Source: Monocercomonoides exilis PA203 | Taxonomy: Eukaryota; Protista; Preaxostyla | DNA length: 64,000 bases | NCBI GenBank assembly: GCA_001643675.2 | Contig: LSRY02000010.1 | Coordinates: forward strand, 1,178,001-1,242,000 | Direction of reading: 5' to 3' | Shown: positions 34,186 through 45,952 of the stretch, piece by piece | Layout of the letters: every line of letters starts with the position of its first letter | How positions within the stretch are numbered: the stretch's first letter is position 1 | Notes under the pieces: generated by a model | Told to the model about the DNA's origin: nothing | The model's input: only the letters and a program-made list of their open reading frames with translations | Database searches by the model: none | Translations under genes and position numbers: made by a program

Positions 34186-37100
34186 ATGATTAAACGCACA
34201 ATACAATTGTATAATAGAGGAAAATGGAAATCCGCATTAAGTTGCATCGAAAAGGTAGTACAAATGGATGAGTCATTTCCTACATTTCAGATATTAAAAG
34301 CATCAATTATTTCTCATTCTTCTGGATTCTCTGATGATAATTCCTTGCTTGAGAAATTATTACGCTATATCTCCAATAACTTCAAACAGTTTAAGCTCGT
34401 ATGTGCAACTGTTGAACGAAGCCAACGACTGGAACATTTGTATTATTTTATTTTACAACTATTTCTCGCAGAACCGAACGAAACGACAGCATTGCTGGTA
34501 TATTTACTGTCAGTCAGACTTCAAGGAATTGCAAATCAATATCATGTGTGCCAGTTCTTTTTTTTTTAATTATTTATTTCTTCAATAGGTTTTAATAAAA
34601 TTGGCCCCGTATATTAAAAGAGATCGATATCAACAACTTCTCACACTTCTATTTGCTCAAACATCATTGTGTCATACGTACGAAATGAGTAGAGAACCAA
34701 TTTTGCGATGTGTGCAGACGATCAACCATTATCTCCAAGGAAAAGAAAAATTTCAGAAACATTTCGTACGTGATGCTTTTTATCTGATGGCCAAATCCAA
34801 AAACATGGATTTATTCGAGGAGCTGCTTTTTGATCCCAAATATAATTATCCCTTTGTTAACAGTTCAGCAAAATGGGCATTTATAGCTTCTGTTTTATCG
34901 ATGCATGCAAAAGAAGAAGATTTCGAAATGAGGCGAAAAGAAACTTCTAAATTCAAATCCTCGGAGAGATGGGCAGATGTAAACCGCATTTGCAAATACC
35001 TTATGCTCACAACAGCTAATGAGACACCAATTGGATTTGAACTTATCATGCTATATTTGGATTCTGTGATTCATCTGTCTCACACAGTAGCTTCTCCATT
35101 ATTAGAAAGCATCGAACCAGGATTTTTCGATGAATTTGCTGCAAGGCATCTGAAACAAACAGAAGAAGAAGATGAAGTTATTTCTGCAAAGAAACCTTCA
35201 ATATCCAAAAAATTATTAGAAACAACTCTCTCAAACCCGTTTTTTGTTCGAAAGTCGCCCTGCAATCAATGCTCGCCTTTTCTTTCAAAGAGCGGCTCAG
35301 TGTGGATGAATGAGAGCAAAAAGAAAGCTGAAAGCTTGGTAACAGAAGAGAACCTACGCAACAGGAGTATTGCAGAGAACAGCTTTCATCCTTCATTACT
35401 GGAACCAGATTTTGACAGCAAAAGTATTTTTGCTCTATTTGAGTGGCTGAAAGCAACATTTAGCACCAATAGAAACGTGTTTCTGGGAGAAATGGAGTAC
35501 GTTCGCAGGCTTATTGGCGTGGCTTTTGTGCACATTTCATTTCCATGGAGCGCCAACGATCGCAACAAGACTGTTCCAGTCTCCACATCCTTTGCCTCTT
35601 CTTCCTCTCTCGTCACTCCGCTCGACTGGAAGATGTTTTCACAGTGCAGCTCGTCTGCTTTCTGGGATAACCCAATGAAATCCTCATCATTTCCCTTTCA
35701 GTTACTACCATCTCAATGGGATCCGTTGAGCGCTTCTTTTTCTCGAGGTACAAAGCTGTTTGATGACACCATATTTCGCGCATATCAGCCTAGGTGTTCT
35801 GACTTCTCTTCTCTGGCTTCTTCTTTTGTTTCCACTTCATCCTCAACCTGTTGCCTTCAACCGCTTTTCCCTGTTGCCTCTGAGCAGCGTCTGTTTTATC
35901 CGTTCTCTGCTCCGCCAGACATCACTCTGTATCCACTCACAACATTGGCACAAAAGCAAGGAACTCCAAATCAGATTACATCTTCACTTCATTCTCCAAC
36001 AAGCACACAGTCAAATTCAACAATACCTTCTGCTTCTATTTCACCTGCTTCTTCATCTGCATCTGCATCTGCATCTTCATCAGGATCAAAGCCACTTCCT
36101 TCACTTTCATCCAGCACAGGTGCCAGCCGTTTCGACTTCTCTGTTAGCAATCATCATGTGGCAGTCGTATCACCTCATTCATTCACTTCATCCACAATTT
36201 ACCAACATCTTCCACCACATCAGCACTTCTTCCCTTCCTCGTTCATTCCAGTGTTTGTCGACACACACAGCATCAACATCCTTTCTAACTCTTCGTTGCA
36301 TTCCTTCTCCACATTCCCTTCTTCTGCCGAATGCACAGACCCCGAATCTGCTGCACACGAACACCATCTCCTGCATCTTATAGAAGATTACACTGACCGC
36401 TTCTTCCATCTCGCAGACACTGCTGTTGAGGTACTTCCATTTGCTCGCCTGCTTTCCAGCAGCTCAATCGATGAACTGAACAGCCATCTCGATCAGAGAT
36501 ACACAACACTCAAAAAGAGAATGCAGGCCACACCGACACGAAAGCCAGGTGCTCAAACAGCATCTGTCCAGCCTTCATCTTCAACCACCTCCTCTTCCAA
36601 TCCAACTCAATCACCTCAGTCAAATCAAACAACTCAAGTTTCTCAAGTAACTCAAGTAACCCAATCACTTCATTCTTCCACTTCATCGCCTCCATCTTCC
36701 TCCTCTGGCTCGAACCCACCCAATCTGCAAGACTTTCCCGTTGACAAGCGGTTGAACATCTGCATCTGTGACCATTGGAGCCCCTATGACTTCATGCTTG
36801 CAGTGAAAGTGAATGTGACGCTGCTGCTGATCTGCCTGGGAAGACTCGACAAGATTCGTGTGGATGTCATCAAGACCAACCTTATTCTCGGTATGCATCT
36901 GGTGAATGTACTGCGGGATACACTACCTTCTTATGTGTCGCTGGAACAACTTCTGAAGGAAGATTCAAAAGAGTTACCATCAAATCCTTCTTCTTCTTCT
37001 TCTTCTTCTTCTTTATCTCCTCTTTCTGATTCATTTCCTTCTCTTGTGCATATTTCCAATCCATCTATTTGCGTTCCTTCTCCTTCGTCAGATTACTCAA

Positions 37101-40100
37101 TCTCTCAGCTCCTCAAATCATCCATCCAACGTCCCGTGCTTCTTGCTGACTGGGCAGAATACAACACAGTTGGTCTGCAGATGAAGCTGTGCATCCTTCG
37201 TCTCTTCCACCTGCACTTCGCAACCACCCACAGCACACCACAGATGCTGGAGCTGCTTGCGATGAGCGAGGCGCAGGACGATGCGAAGAAGTTTGGAAAT
37301 GGCTCGCGTGATGTTCTGCTGCTGCTGGCGCGGGTGCAGCTGCTGAGAGAGACAGGGGCGGTGGCTACGGCGCTGGTGCAGTTTATGAAGTGTGTGAGTG
37401 ATATTCGGGAGGGCAAGCAGCAGAGTATTGCTCAAATGAGCAGAGTGGAGTGGGATACAAGCACGACTTCGAAGAGGCATAAAGCAGAGATGCTGAAGAA
37501 GTTGGTGGAGAGGGAGATAAGTGAAGAAGAAGAAGAAGGATCGGGAAGTACTGAAATTATCACTGTTTCGCATGCTAAGCAGGCATTTTTCACTGAGCAG
37601 TCGTGGAAAGAGAGAGAAGAGCTGAAGCAAAATATGCTTGTTAATAGACAAAGATGCAGAATGCTTGAAGTTTACGAAAACGATGAAATAAAAATGGAAG
37701 TTGATGATGATGACGATGAAAGAAATAAGACTTCAGATTCTTCCAACGAGAACAAAGAAAAAGAGCAAAATTCATCTGAAGCCAAATCCAGCACAGATAT
37801 CAAAGAAGATTTCACACTGACTTCAAAACAGCAGCAGCAGCAGCAGCAACAGCGTCAGCCAGAAGACTTCATTGAAGAAATTAACCCGCTTAGCTCGTCG
37901 TGGATCATGCGCCATTCGTCTGTGTTTGTTCTGGGATTTGCGCATCTCCTGTTGCGAGACTCGCTATTTGCGTGGGAGCCCTTCAGTGTGTACTATCTGC
38001 TCAATACGACCGAGCAGGCAGTGAGAGAAGCGAAGATGATGAATTCAGCTCTCTTGATGGATGCACACGCAGCGGGGGACATGGAAAAAATGGAGGACAG
38101 TGTGCAGCTGAAGCGGCGGCTGGATTTCTCAATGGAAGAATTCTGTGCGAAAGTGAATGTGAAGCTGATGGAGATGACGACGCTGACACTTGTGACGTCA
38201 ACCGCTCCAAATCTGCTGGAGGACACAGCAATGCTTGCAGCAGAGCTGATGAATCAGACGAGAACAGAACGAGTGGTGGCAGACGAAGGAACAGACATTG
38301 AGCTTCCGCTGGTGGCGAGGCCGAGCTCATTCTCTCCGAGGATGAAGTGGATAATGCTCGTGAATAGAATTGCACTACTGGTTTCGAATGCAAACACGGC
38401 GATTTATGACTGCGGATTCATTCCAGTTTATGGATTTTTGAAATGGAATGTTTGCATTTGCTTTGGATATATCTGCTTGTTGGAATGAACTTTTGGATGC
38501 TTTTTCGATTTGATTGGGAAAATCATTTCCTTTTTTCTTTTCTTTTCTTTTTCTTTTTATTGATAATAATTTTTCGTATTTTATTGATTATTATATTCAA
38601 ATTTTCTTTATCTTGATTTTTTTTTATAAATATATTCCATTAGGAAAATGAGATGCGCTGTATGTATCTTGTATATGCTCTCTTTGTCACTTTATACGCC
38701 TCCTTCAAATCATCCACCATCAAAAGCAACAACCAGCAGTACTCCACACAACCGCCCATTCGCCTCGAGCAGCCTATCACCGACCCATCCTCACTCTCCA
38801 AGTCTGCCATTAAGCCTCAACAGCAAGTCAGACAACCCCAACAGCAGCTGCTCTATCCGATGCCTCTCAACGACTGCGAGGAAGAGTTTCCTCCACTACC
38901 TCAGATGTCCCGCCAGACAACACTGTTTGCCATTGCACTTTATGCTCATTCTTTGTCTGCTCTCTCTGCTGTCTCCCGCACTGCTGAGCAGCCGCAGCTG
39001 AGTCTGTATCGCAATCCGTCTTTGAGAGAAGTACTAGCGGAGGCAACAAGAGAATGTGCCACAAAAGAATTGGTGTTCTCCACACGATTCATTCATCAAA
39101 CAGCTCTTGTGCAGAAGCTGCTGCAGCCGCTGCCTAATTTGTATTCGGAGAAAAGTGTGATTGGACTGCCGAAAACCACTTCAATGAAATTGGATGAATT
39201 TTCAGGTGATTTGGAAACAGTGAATCAGAATTCACAGCAAAGCTCTTCAATTTCAAAGGAAAAAGAAGCGTTGCAATCAAAATCTGGTGAAGAGCAAAGC
39301 CGAACAAGTGCGCAAACTTCATCAACTGGTTCATCAAGTGAAATGAATTCATCTTCTGTGCAAACGCCTTCCTCCTCCTCCTCATCATCATCATTAACAT
39401 CTTCTTCTTCTGCATTGCCTTCAATTTCCTCTGCTTCACCAGAATCATTTCCAGATGCCTCTTCATCTCTTACTGCCGCTGAAGCTCTTCAACTGAAAGA
39501 TGCTATTTCTCCACATGTCACATCACCAACCACGATGATGCTGCCTTTTGTGCTGTTTTCATTCAATTTCTTCAAACTGGCACATCTTTTCCAGGAGTTT
39601 TTCCGCTTCTTCGGAGTAATTGACAATCCTGCTGATGAGAGTGACGAAGGCAGCGGTAGAGGGAGCTCATCCCCAACATCTTCCTCTTCCTCTTCCTCTT
39701 CCTCTTCCTCTTCTTCCACTTCTTTCATTCCACCAGATCCCAAAAGCGTTCCATATGTTCTGACACTTTCCTATTCCAGCATGAACCCTGACGAGCTCAA
39801 CCGAATCTCGTCCTCTTTCTCTGACCCTGTTCTTTCTTCTTATTTATCCCCTTCTCAGACGTCACCGATGATGCTTCCTCCCTTTTTCACTGAGCCAATT
39901 TTAGCACAGCTCCCCTTCGAGTCGCTGACACGAAGCACAAACGTGCCGGCTGAGTTGAAAGAGATGATTTCTGTCATCATGACGCTCTTCACAGACATCA
40001 GCAGTGCGATCTGCTCGCTGGGGGCAACTTACCCTATTCAGATGCAGTTTCTTGCATCTGTTTCGTTCTTCATTATATTTTGCGCTGCGCCTGTCACGTC

Positions 40101-40891
40101 TTTTCTTGTTGATTGGGTTCATCTGACGAACAAAAGAGGATGGAAGCTGCTGAAAACAACTCCGGTTTGGATTATTTACTGTTCTTTTGATATTTTTTTT
40201 TTCAAATATATTCTCATTCGATTAATGAAAACTTTGATATTTTCACTCTTTATGCACTAATTTAAATTCATTTTATTTTTTTTTACCAAATTATTTGCTA
40301 CACTGTTTATTTCCAAAAAGATGGGGAGCATCAAGAATTCCTTGAAAATGCTGAAAAACAAAGCGCTTTTGGAGATTGGGCGTGTGTGCAACTGTCTTCA
40401 CACTCACTCCATCTGCCCTCTCATCACATCGGAACAAGCAAGTAACAAATTTCCATCCAACCTTTCTTCAGCTTCTTCTTCATCGTCTTCTGCTTCTTTA
40501 CCAAATCCATTCTCGTCTGCATCTCAGATTGCCAAAAAGACTAAGCACACACTCTTCCACATCGATAGTATTCCGGTTTGTTGTTATCATTAATTGAAAA
40601 TAGTTTAAATAATAATAATTATTTTTTTGAAACATTCGTGCGAATTTTTATGTTTATAAAACAACCAATTAATATGACAACAAATTCCTTCATTCCATCT
40701 TATTGCTTAATTTGAAATTTGTATCTTTGATTACACTAACAATTTTTCCTTATGAATCACAGGAATTTGCGCCAACCCCACTTCATCTGAATACCATTAA
40801 CAGCATCTCTTCGTCCCTTCAAACAACATTCACTCGTCAAGAAAATGAGCTTCTACAGTGCATAACATATCTCCAAACTATCAAATTTTGA
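34186..40891 (+). CDS. Large helical-repeat protein, probably NatB auxiliary subunit (NAA25/MDM20)-like, with Ser-rich insertions; 5 exons
   Basis: Introns 34546-34588, 38450-38643, ~40165-40320 and ~40576-40761 join the ORFs in frame. The N-terminal TPR-like segment (YNRGKWKSALSCIEK..FQILKASI), LLLARVQLLRETGA and AGDMEKMEDSVQLKRRLDFS resemble NAA25 segments by recall. Gene model is strong, identity moderate. Confidence 0.55.
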
Positions 40892-41149
40892 TCAACCTTC
40901 AAAAAATAAAAGTTATTTTCAAGACTTCTTTTTCTTTTCTTTTTGAGGCCATCTCTTTTTTAGACCATCTATTCATCCATTATGTGAGGGGTGAGATGAT
41001 TGGCAAAGTGGTGCTTGAGGAAATGATATGATTAATAAACAAAAAAAGAAAGAAAAAGCGAAAAAAGTAATTATAAATATTAAAATATTCATCTAAGTAT
41101 AACAAAAAAAGAATGGATAAGAGAGTGAAAGGAGGAGAAGATATTAGAC

Positions 41150-41935
41150 CTACAGCTTTTCTTCCTCTTTTCCATCTGCTGTATGTTGAGCGTATGGTTC
41201 GAGTTCCAAAATGGGGCATAATGGTTCGTGAATTTCTTCAATTTGTGGTTTGAAGTCAAGGAGTTTCGCCAAAACAATCTTAAATATATTTTTGACGTTT
41301 ATAGAAATTCTGGCACTCGCAAAGATAAGTGGGCATTTCATTGCTTTTGCATAAGCACGTGCTTTATTTACTGTTGAAGCTTGAGTTTCTGGTGGCAAGG
41401 CAATAAATAAATCAAATTTCGTTCCAACCAAAAATGGTGCAGCTTTCTGAAAGAAAATATAACATTCACAATCAAGGAGAAAAAAGCGTTCAAACCTTAT
41501 TGAATTTTCGAGCTTGTCTGTACCATTCTTTAACTCCAACAAGAGTTGACTCTCGAGTTAGATCAAACATAAACAAGATAGCTGATGCATCGTTACAAAC
41601 AAGAGGCAGCATATTAACAAATTCTTTTGCTCCTAAACAACGAATTTTGCTAAAACAACGAATAAAAAATGTCCAATAAGTGCAAGCCTCCCAAATCCCA
41701 AATGTTAAATACAACTTCTTGTCCTCTGATTTTTTGTTTTTTTTCCATGAAATTCACACCTAATTACGGAAAAAATAACTTGAATTGACGAACTTAACAG
41801 AATTCTCAAACCAAGCGTCAAAATATAATCTTCATCGAATTCATTTTGTACGTATTTGACCATCAAAGATGTTTTTCCAATTTGCTGGTCACCGACCATG
41901 CCAATTTTAAATGAAAGAGCTTCACTCTCGGACAT
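41150..41935 (-). CDS. SPG1: Spg1/Tem1-family small GTPase; 4 exons
   Basis: KIGMVGDQQIGKTSLMVKYV..FDEDYILTLGVNFMEK..IWDLGG..EFVNMLPLVCNDA..FMFDLTR..VGTKFDLF..ARAYAKAMKCPLIF..INVKNIFKIVLAK: the diagnostic Spg1/Tem1 sequence. Confidence 0.93.
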
Positions 41936-42373
41936 TCCAATAGTATTAGATCTTTAACCCACAAGACATAAAATTATGATCTTTGTGACTTTGATTAACA
42001 ATAAGATGAAACAAAATTCATTTCGTATAAACATCCTTTCATGTAATACATATTCATTAAAGGATGTGCGCGTAGAAAAACTTTATTTTTCAAGTTATTT
42101 ACTTTTATGTGTGGCAATAACAAAATGAGATTCTTCTTCTCTATCAAGAATATTTTTTTATCAAATATAAAAAAATAATTAATAAATAAATGCTAACGAA
42201 AAGTTAATTGAAATTTATGACTATTTAAAAACGATGCAACTCTGATCACAAAGGTCGTTTGGAGCATCTGAAGGCTTCATTTAGGCACACTTATCTTCAA
42301 ATGAATCTGCAAAGGCTCACGTTTTCATTATTAAACAAAGTGAAGATGAAATTCCATATTTCTTTAAAGAGTT

Positions 42374-44419
42374 TCATTTGACTTTATTCTCTTTTTTCTT
42401 TTGTTTTGGTAGTATTTCGTGTAAAAATGCCCTTGCAAGAGGCAAAGAGGCAGCAATGCTATTTTCAATTTGAGGTGATGGTTGAGTAGAACTTGAAGAA
42501 GAGGAAGAGGAGGAGGAGGAGGAGGAAGAAGAAGATGATGATGTTGACGATGCCTCAGAAAAGAAAATGTGATTGAAAACGTCTCGTGCTTTGTTGATAA
42601 TGACATCACGAGCATTTGTAGCTGGAGACAATTCTCCTTCTGAAGTGGATGTAGAATCATTGGAAGAAGGTGAAGTGGAAGAGGAAGAGGAAGAGGAAGA
42701 GGAAGATTTTGTGTTTGTCGCTTGAAGATTTGAAAGAACTACTTTTGGCAAAAGAAGAAGTGTCACATCAGCTGTGAATTCAGCACATCTTTGAACGATC
42801 CTTTCCTCTCGCTGCTCTTCTTCGTCCTTTTTCATTCTCAACAGCTCGGCCTTCCAAAGCTTCCTCCTCGGCATTGTTCCACCAAATCCCGCGCCTCGTG
42901 TGCTTTGCTCGTAGTTGTCGCTGAGCTCATCGTCATAATCGTCGTCCAAATCCCCCAAATCATCCTCTTCTCCGCTTTCTCTACTCCACTCATCGTCTTC
43001 TCTGCTCTCTTCGTCGTGATAATCGGAGTCGATGTCAGACAGCCTTCCTCGGCAGCGCTGCTGCAGCCTCGTTTTGGGCCCGCTTCTTTGCGGCGTGCTG
43101 CTCCTGCCTCTGCTCAAAGGGCGCGGTGGAAGGCTGCATCTGCGTGTGGATGAAGTCGATGAAAGATTCTGAGTGGATGCTTCTGAAGGATACTCTCCTG
43201 TTTGCCGCCTCCCTCTTTCAAGCAACCGCCTTCGCTCCATTCGCTGCTCTCTTTCGAGCCTTTCGCGCTCTTTTTCTTTCTGAATGACAATAAGCTCTGT
43301 TTCTTTTAACCTCATAGCAGCACATTTGCGGCAAAACACCAGAGTGAATAAAGTCTCACTTTTATTTTGAGAGCATGGTGAAATGGTTCCAAGTATTACG
43401 ATGTTTGATGAGGGAGTTAATAACGGCTGAAGCAAGCGAGTAAGTCTTGAGTTGCGAAACGGAATGAAAGGCAAAGAATTGCGACGCGCTGAAGACGAAA
43501 AAGAAGATGATGTGGAAGAAAAGCTTGACGATGCTAATGACTGAACCACCAAGCACAGTGAGGATAAAGAACGATTAATTGATTTTGCTTCGTCTAACCT
43601 TTTCCCGACAGAACCTGTCTTCTTTATTCTTTCGGACCCAGCAAGATCAACAAAAGCCAAGCAACTTGTTTGAATTTTTGATGTTGGAACAGGACTTGAC
43701 GAACTCGATGCAAAAGGTATGTTATCATCATCTTCACCAACAGTTTTGGATTCGATTGTGAAGGTTAATATTGTGTGAGATCGCGATGACGTAGAATTCA
43801 TCATGGTTGGAGCAATTGCACGACGTGTCAGTCCAATGTTAATTACAGAAATGGCTTCTTCTTCGCTTGTTACTTCAACTTCTCTTTGACCATCAACAGT
43901 TGGTCTTGGATGGAATATTGTAGCAGAGCGAATAAGAACAACTCCACCACTTGGATCCAATAAATCAAATACATCATCTCTGTACATTTGAAGAAAAGAT
44001 ATTCTAATGTTCCATGCTTTGTTCAGTGGCGATGAATTGATAAAAGAAAAAATCTGTTTGATGGAAAATGGAATAATACCCAAGCTTGACGTTGATAATT
44101 TTCCTATTGTTCCCATAGTATACGTTTTTCCTGTTCCAGTTTGTCCATAAGTTATAATTGTTCCATTTTGACCATTCATTACAGATTTTACGAGTTCATA
44201 AGCAGATCCAGCATAAACTTGCTTTTGGTCTGCTTCCATCGGATAGACTTTATTAAAATGAAATACCCTTTGCAAGTCAAAGCTCGTTTGTATGGATATA
44301 GTGGGATTTTTTGAATCAGAATCAGAATGAATAATCAAATCTTCAGAAGCATTCTTAAACTCGTCTTCAAACGGTGGCCGGATGCGAATTTGCACAGATA
44401 TAGATCCTTCTCCGTGCAT
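42374..44419 (-). CDS. Kinesin motor protein (N-terminal motor, low-complexity tail)
   Basis: VQIRIRP, P-loop YGQTGTGKTYTM, switch I NSTSSRSH, switch II VDLAGSER, INRSL, IPFRNSRLTRLLQ. First in-frame ATG at 44419; the frame is open to 44476. Confidence 0.92.
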   Translation of the reverse strand: MHGEGSISVQIRIRPPFEDEFKNASEDLIIHSDSDSKNPTISIQTSFDLQRVFHFNKVYPMEADQKQVYAGSAYELVKSVMNGQNGTIITYGQTGTGKTYTMGTIGKLSTSSLGIIPFSIKQIFSFINSSPLNKAWNIRISFLQMYRDDVFDLLDPSGGVVLIRSATIFHPRPTVDGQREVEVTSEEEAISVINIGLTRRAIAPTMMNSTSSRSHTILTFTIESKTVGEDDDNIPFASSSSSPVPTSKIQTSCLAFVDLAGSERIKKTGSVGKRLDEAKSINRSLSSLCLVVQSLASSSFSSTSSSFSSSARRNSLPFIPFRNSRLTRLLQPLLTPSSNIVILGTISPCSQNKSETLFTLVFCRKCAAMRLKETELIVIQKEKERERLEREQRMERRRLLERGRRQTGEYPSEASTQNLSSTSSTRRCSLPPRPLSRGRSSTPQRSGPKTRLQQRCRGRLSDIDSDYHDEESREDDEWSRESGEEDDLGDLDDDYDDELSDNYEQSTRGAGFGGTMPRRKLWKAELLRMKKDEEEQREERIVQRCAEFTADVTLLLLPKVVLSNLQATNTKSSSSSSSSSSTSPSSNDSTSTSEGELSPATNARDVIINKARDVFNHIFFSEASSTSSSSSSSSSSSSSSSSSSTQPSPQIENSIAASLPLARAFLHEILPKQKKKENKVK

Positions 44420-45411
44420 ATCCACTTGTATTTTATTTTCAGCTGCTTTAAGTTCTTTTTCAAAAATTTTAAACAAAAATTTTGACCCATAATAAATAAT
44501 ATTGTCTCATTTTTCAAAAAGTGATTTTTACCAAAAAATCATATTAAATGAATAATTATAAAAGAAAGTTATCGAATTTACAATCAAAATTTTAATAGTT
44601 TTAAAATGGACAAGTTTTTGTTCAAAATTAAAACCGATTTTTCAGTTATCATTTCTTTTTTCATTTTCGTATCGGTAAAAAATCTGTATAGTCAATATCT
44701 TTTTGTATGTGAACTATTTATATAATTCTTCATTTTTTCATGATAAATTGAGTATTATAAAATGGTTTTTATTCCGATGAAATCATGGAATATTTACATT
44801 TTGAAAATAAAAATAATTATATTGCTTGCATAATTGTTAATTGATTCATTAAAAAACTTACGTTTTTAATAGTTTTCGATGAATTAAATGATGAGTAATT
44901 GAAATGCTTAGTGCAAAAGATAATAAAAACGGTTTTTATGTGATAAATGAAGAAATTTTTGTTCCCCTGTCTTTAAAATCAACTATTTTGCTTTATTTTT
45001 GTTGAAAGAAAGAAGTGGTTGCTGAATATAAAAGGTGTTGAAAAAAGAAATATTTGAATTACAAGAATTACAAGAAAACCTTCAAATAAAAACACACATA
45101 AATACTCGAAATAAAACCTGCCAGTTGGGAAAATGAACAAAAAAACTGAATGAAGGAAAAATATCAAGCATTTTGATTTGTAATGGAGTTATAACAAGAC
45201 AAAAAGAAGAGAGAGAAATAAATATCAAAAACATCCAACAAAAGAATTGAAAAAAATTTCATTTGTCTCTCAAAACTTAATAAATTTTTGAAAAATAAAG
45301 AATATCTATTTTGAAAAAACAATGATATAGCTTCAAAAACAATTATTCATGCAATGTCATAAACAAAATAAATAGGACGAAAGTCAAAATAAATGAAAAC
45401 TTCAAAGCGTA

Positions 45412-45623
45412 TGGCTGATCCTTTTTGAAATCAAACTTTCATTCGAGTTTTCAACCAAAAAATTTTTGTCTCAATGAGAATAAGGAAAAAAAAAAGAGCA
45501 AAACACAAGTTAAAACTTTCAATCAAGATATACATACAAAGATAAATAATCTTTATTTTCCCATTGAGGAAAATTTTATCATCAAAACTCGAACAAAAGT
45601 TTGATTTCAAAAAGGATCAGCCA
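45412..45623. mobile_element. Second copy of the small MITE-like element (3' flank of gene B)
   Basis: Same TIR pair as 30313-30524, duplicated with the arm. Confidence 0.65.
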
Positions 45624-45952
45624 TATTCCAAAAAAATGAACATCTAATCGAATTTGAACAAAAACATCATTCATTTCAATATTTTGAGAAAAAAACATTT
45701 TTGCCATTCCAAATAATTCGTGATTTAAAAACCACTTTTCTGTTCTTTTTTCCTCCTTCAATCTCGTTTTAAAAATCATTTCTTCTTATTTCGAAGGTGT
45801 TGCTTTTCGTAATTGCTGTTTGTCCAATATCCAACCTGTTTTCATCGCAACAACCATTCATATTTCTTTCTTTTCTTCACACACCCAATTAATCAAATAT
45901 TTGTTCCTTGAATGATTTTCAGTGTCACACATCTTATCATATTTCCATTCAT

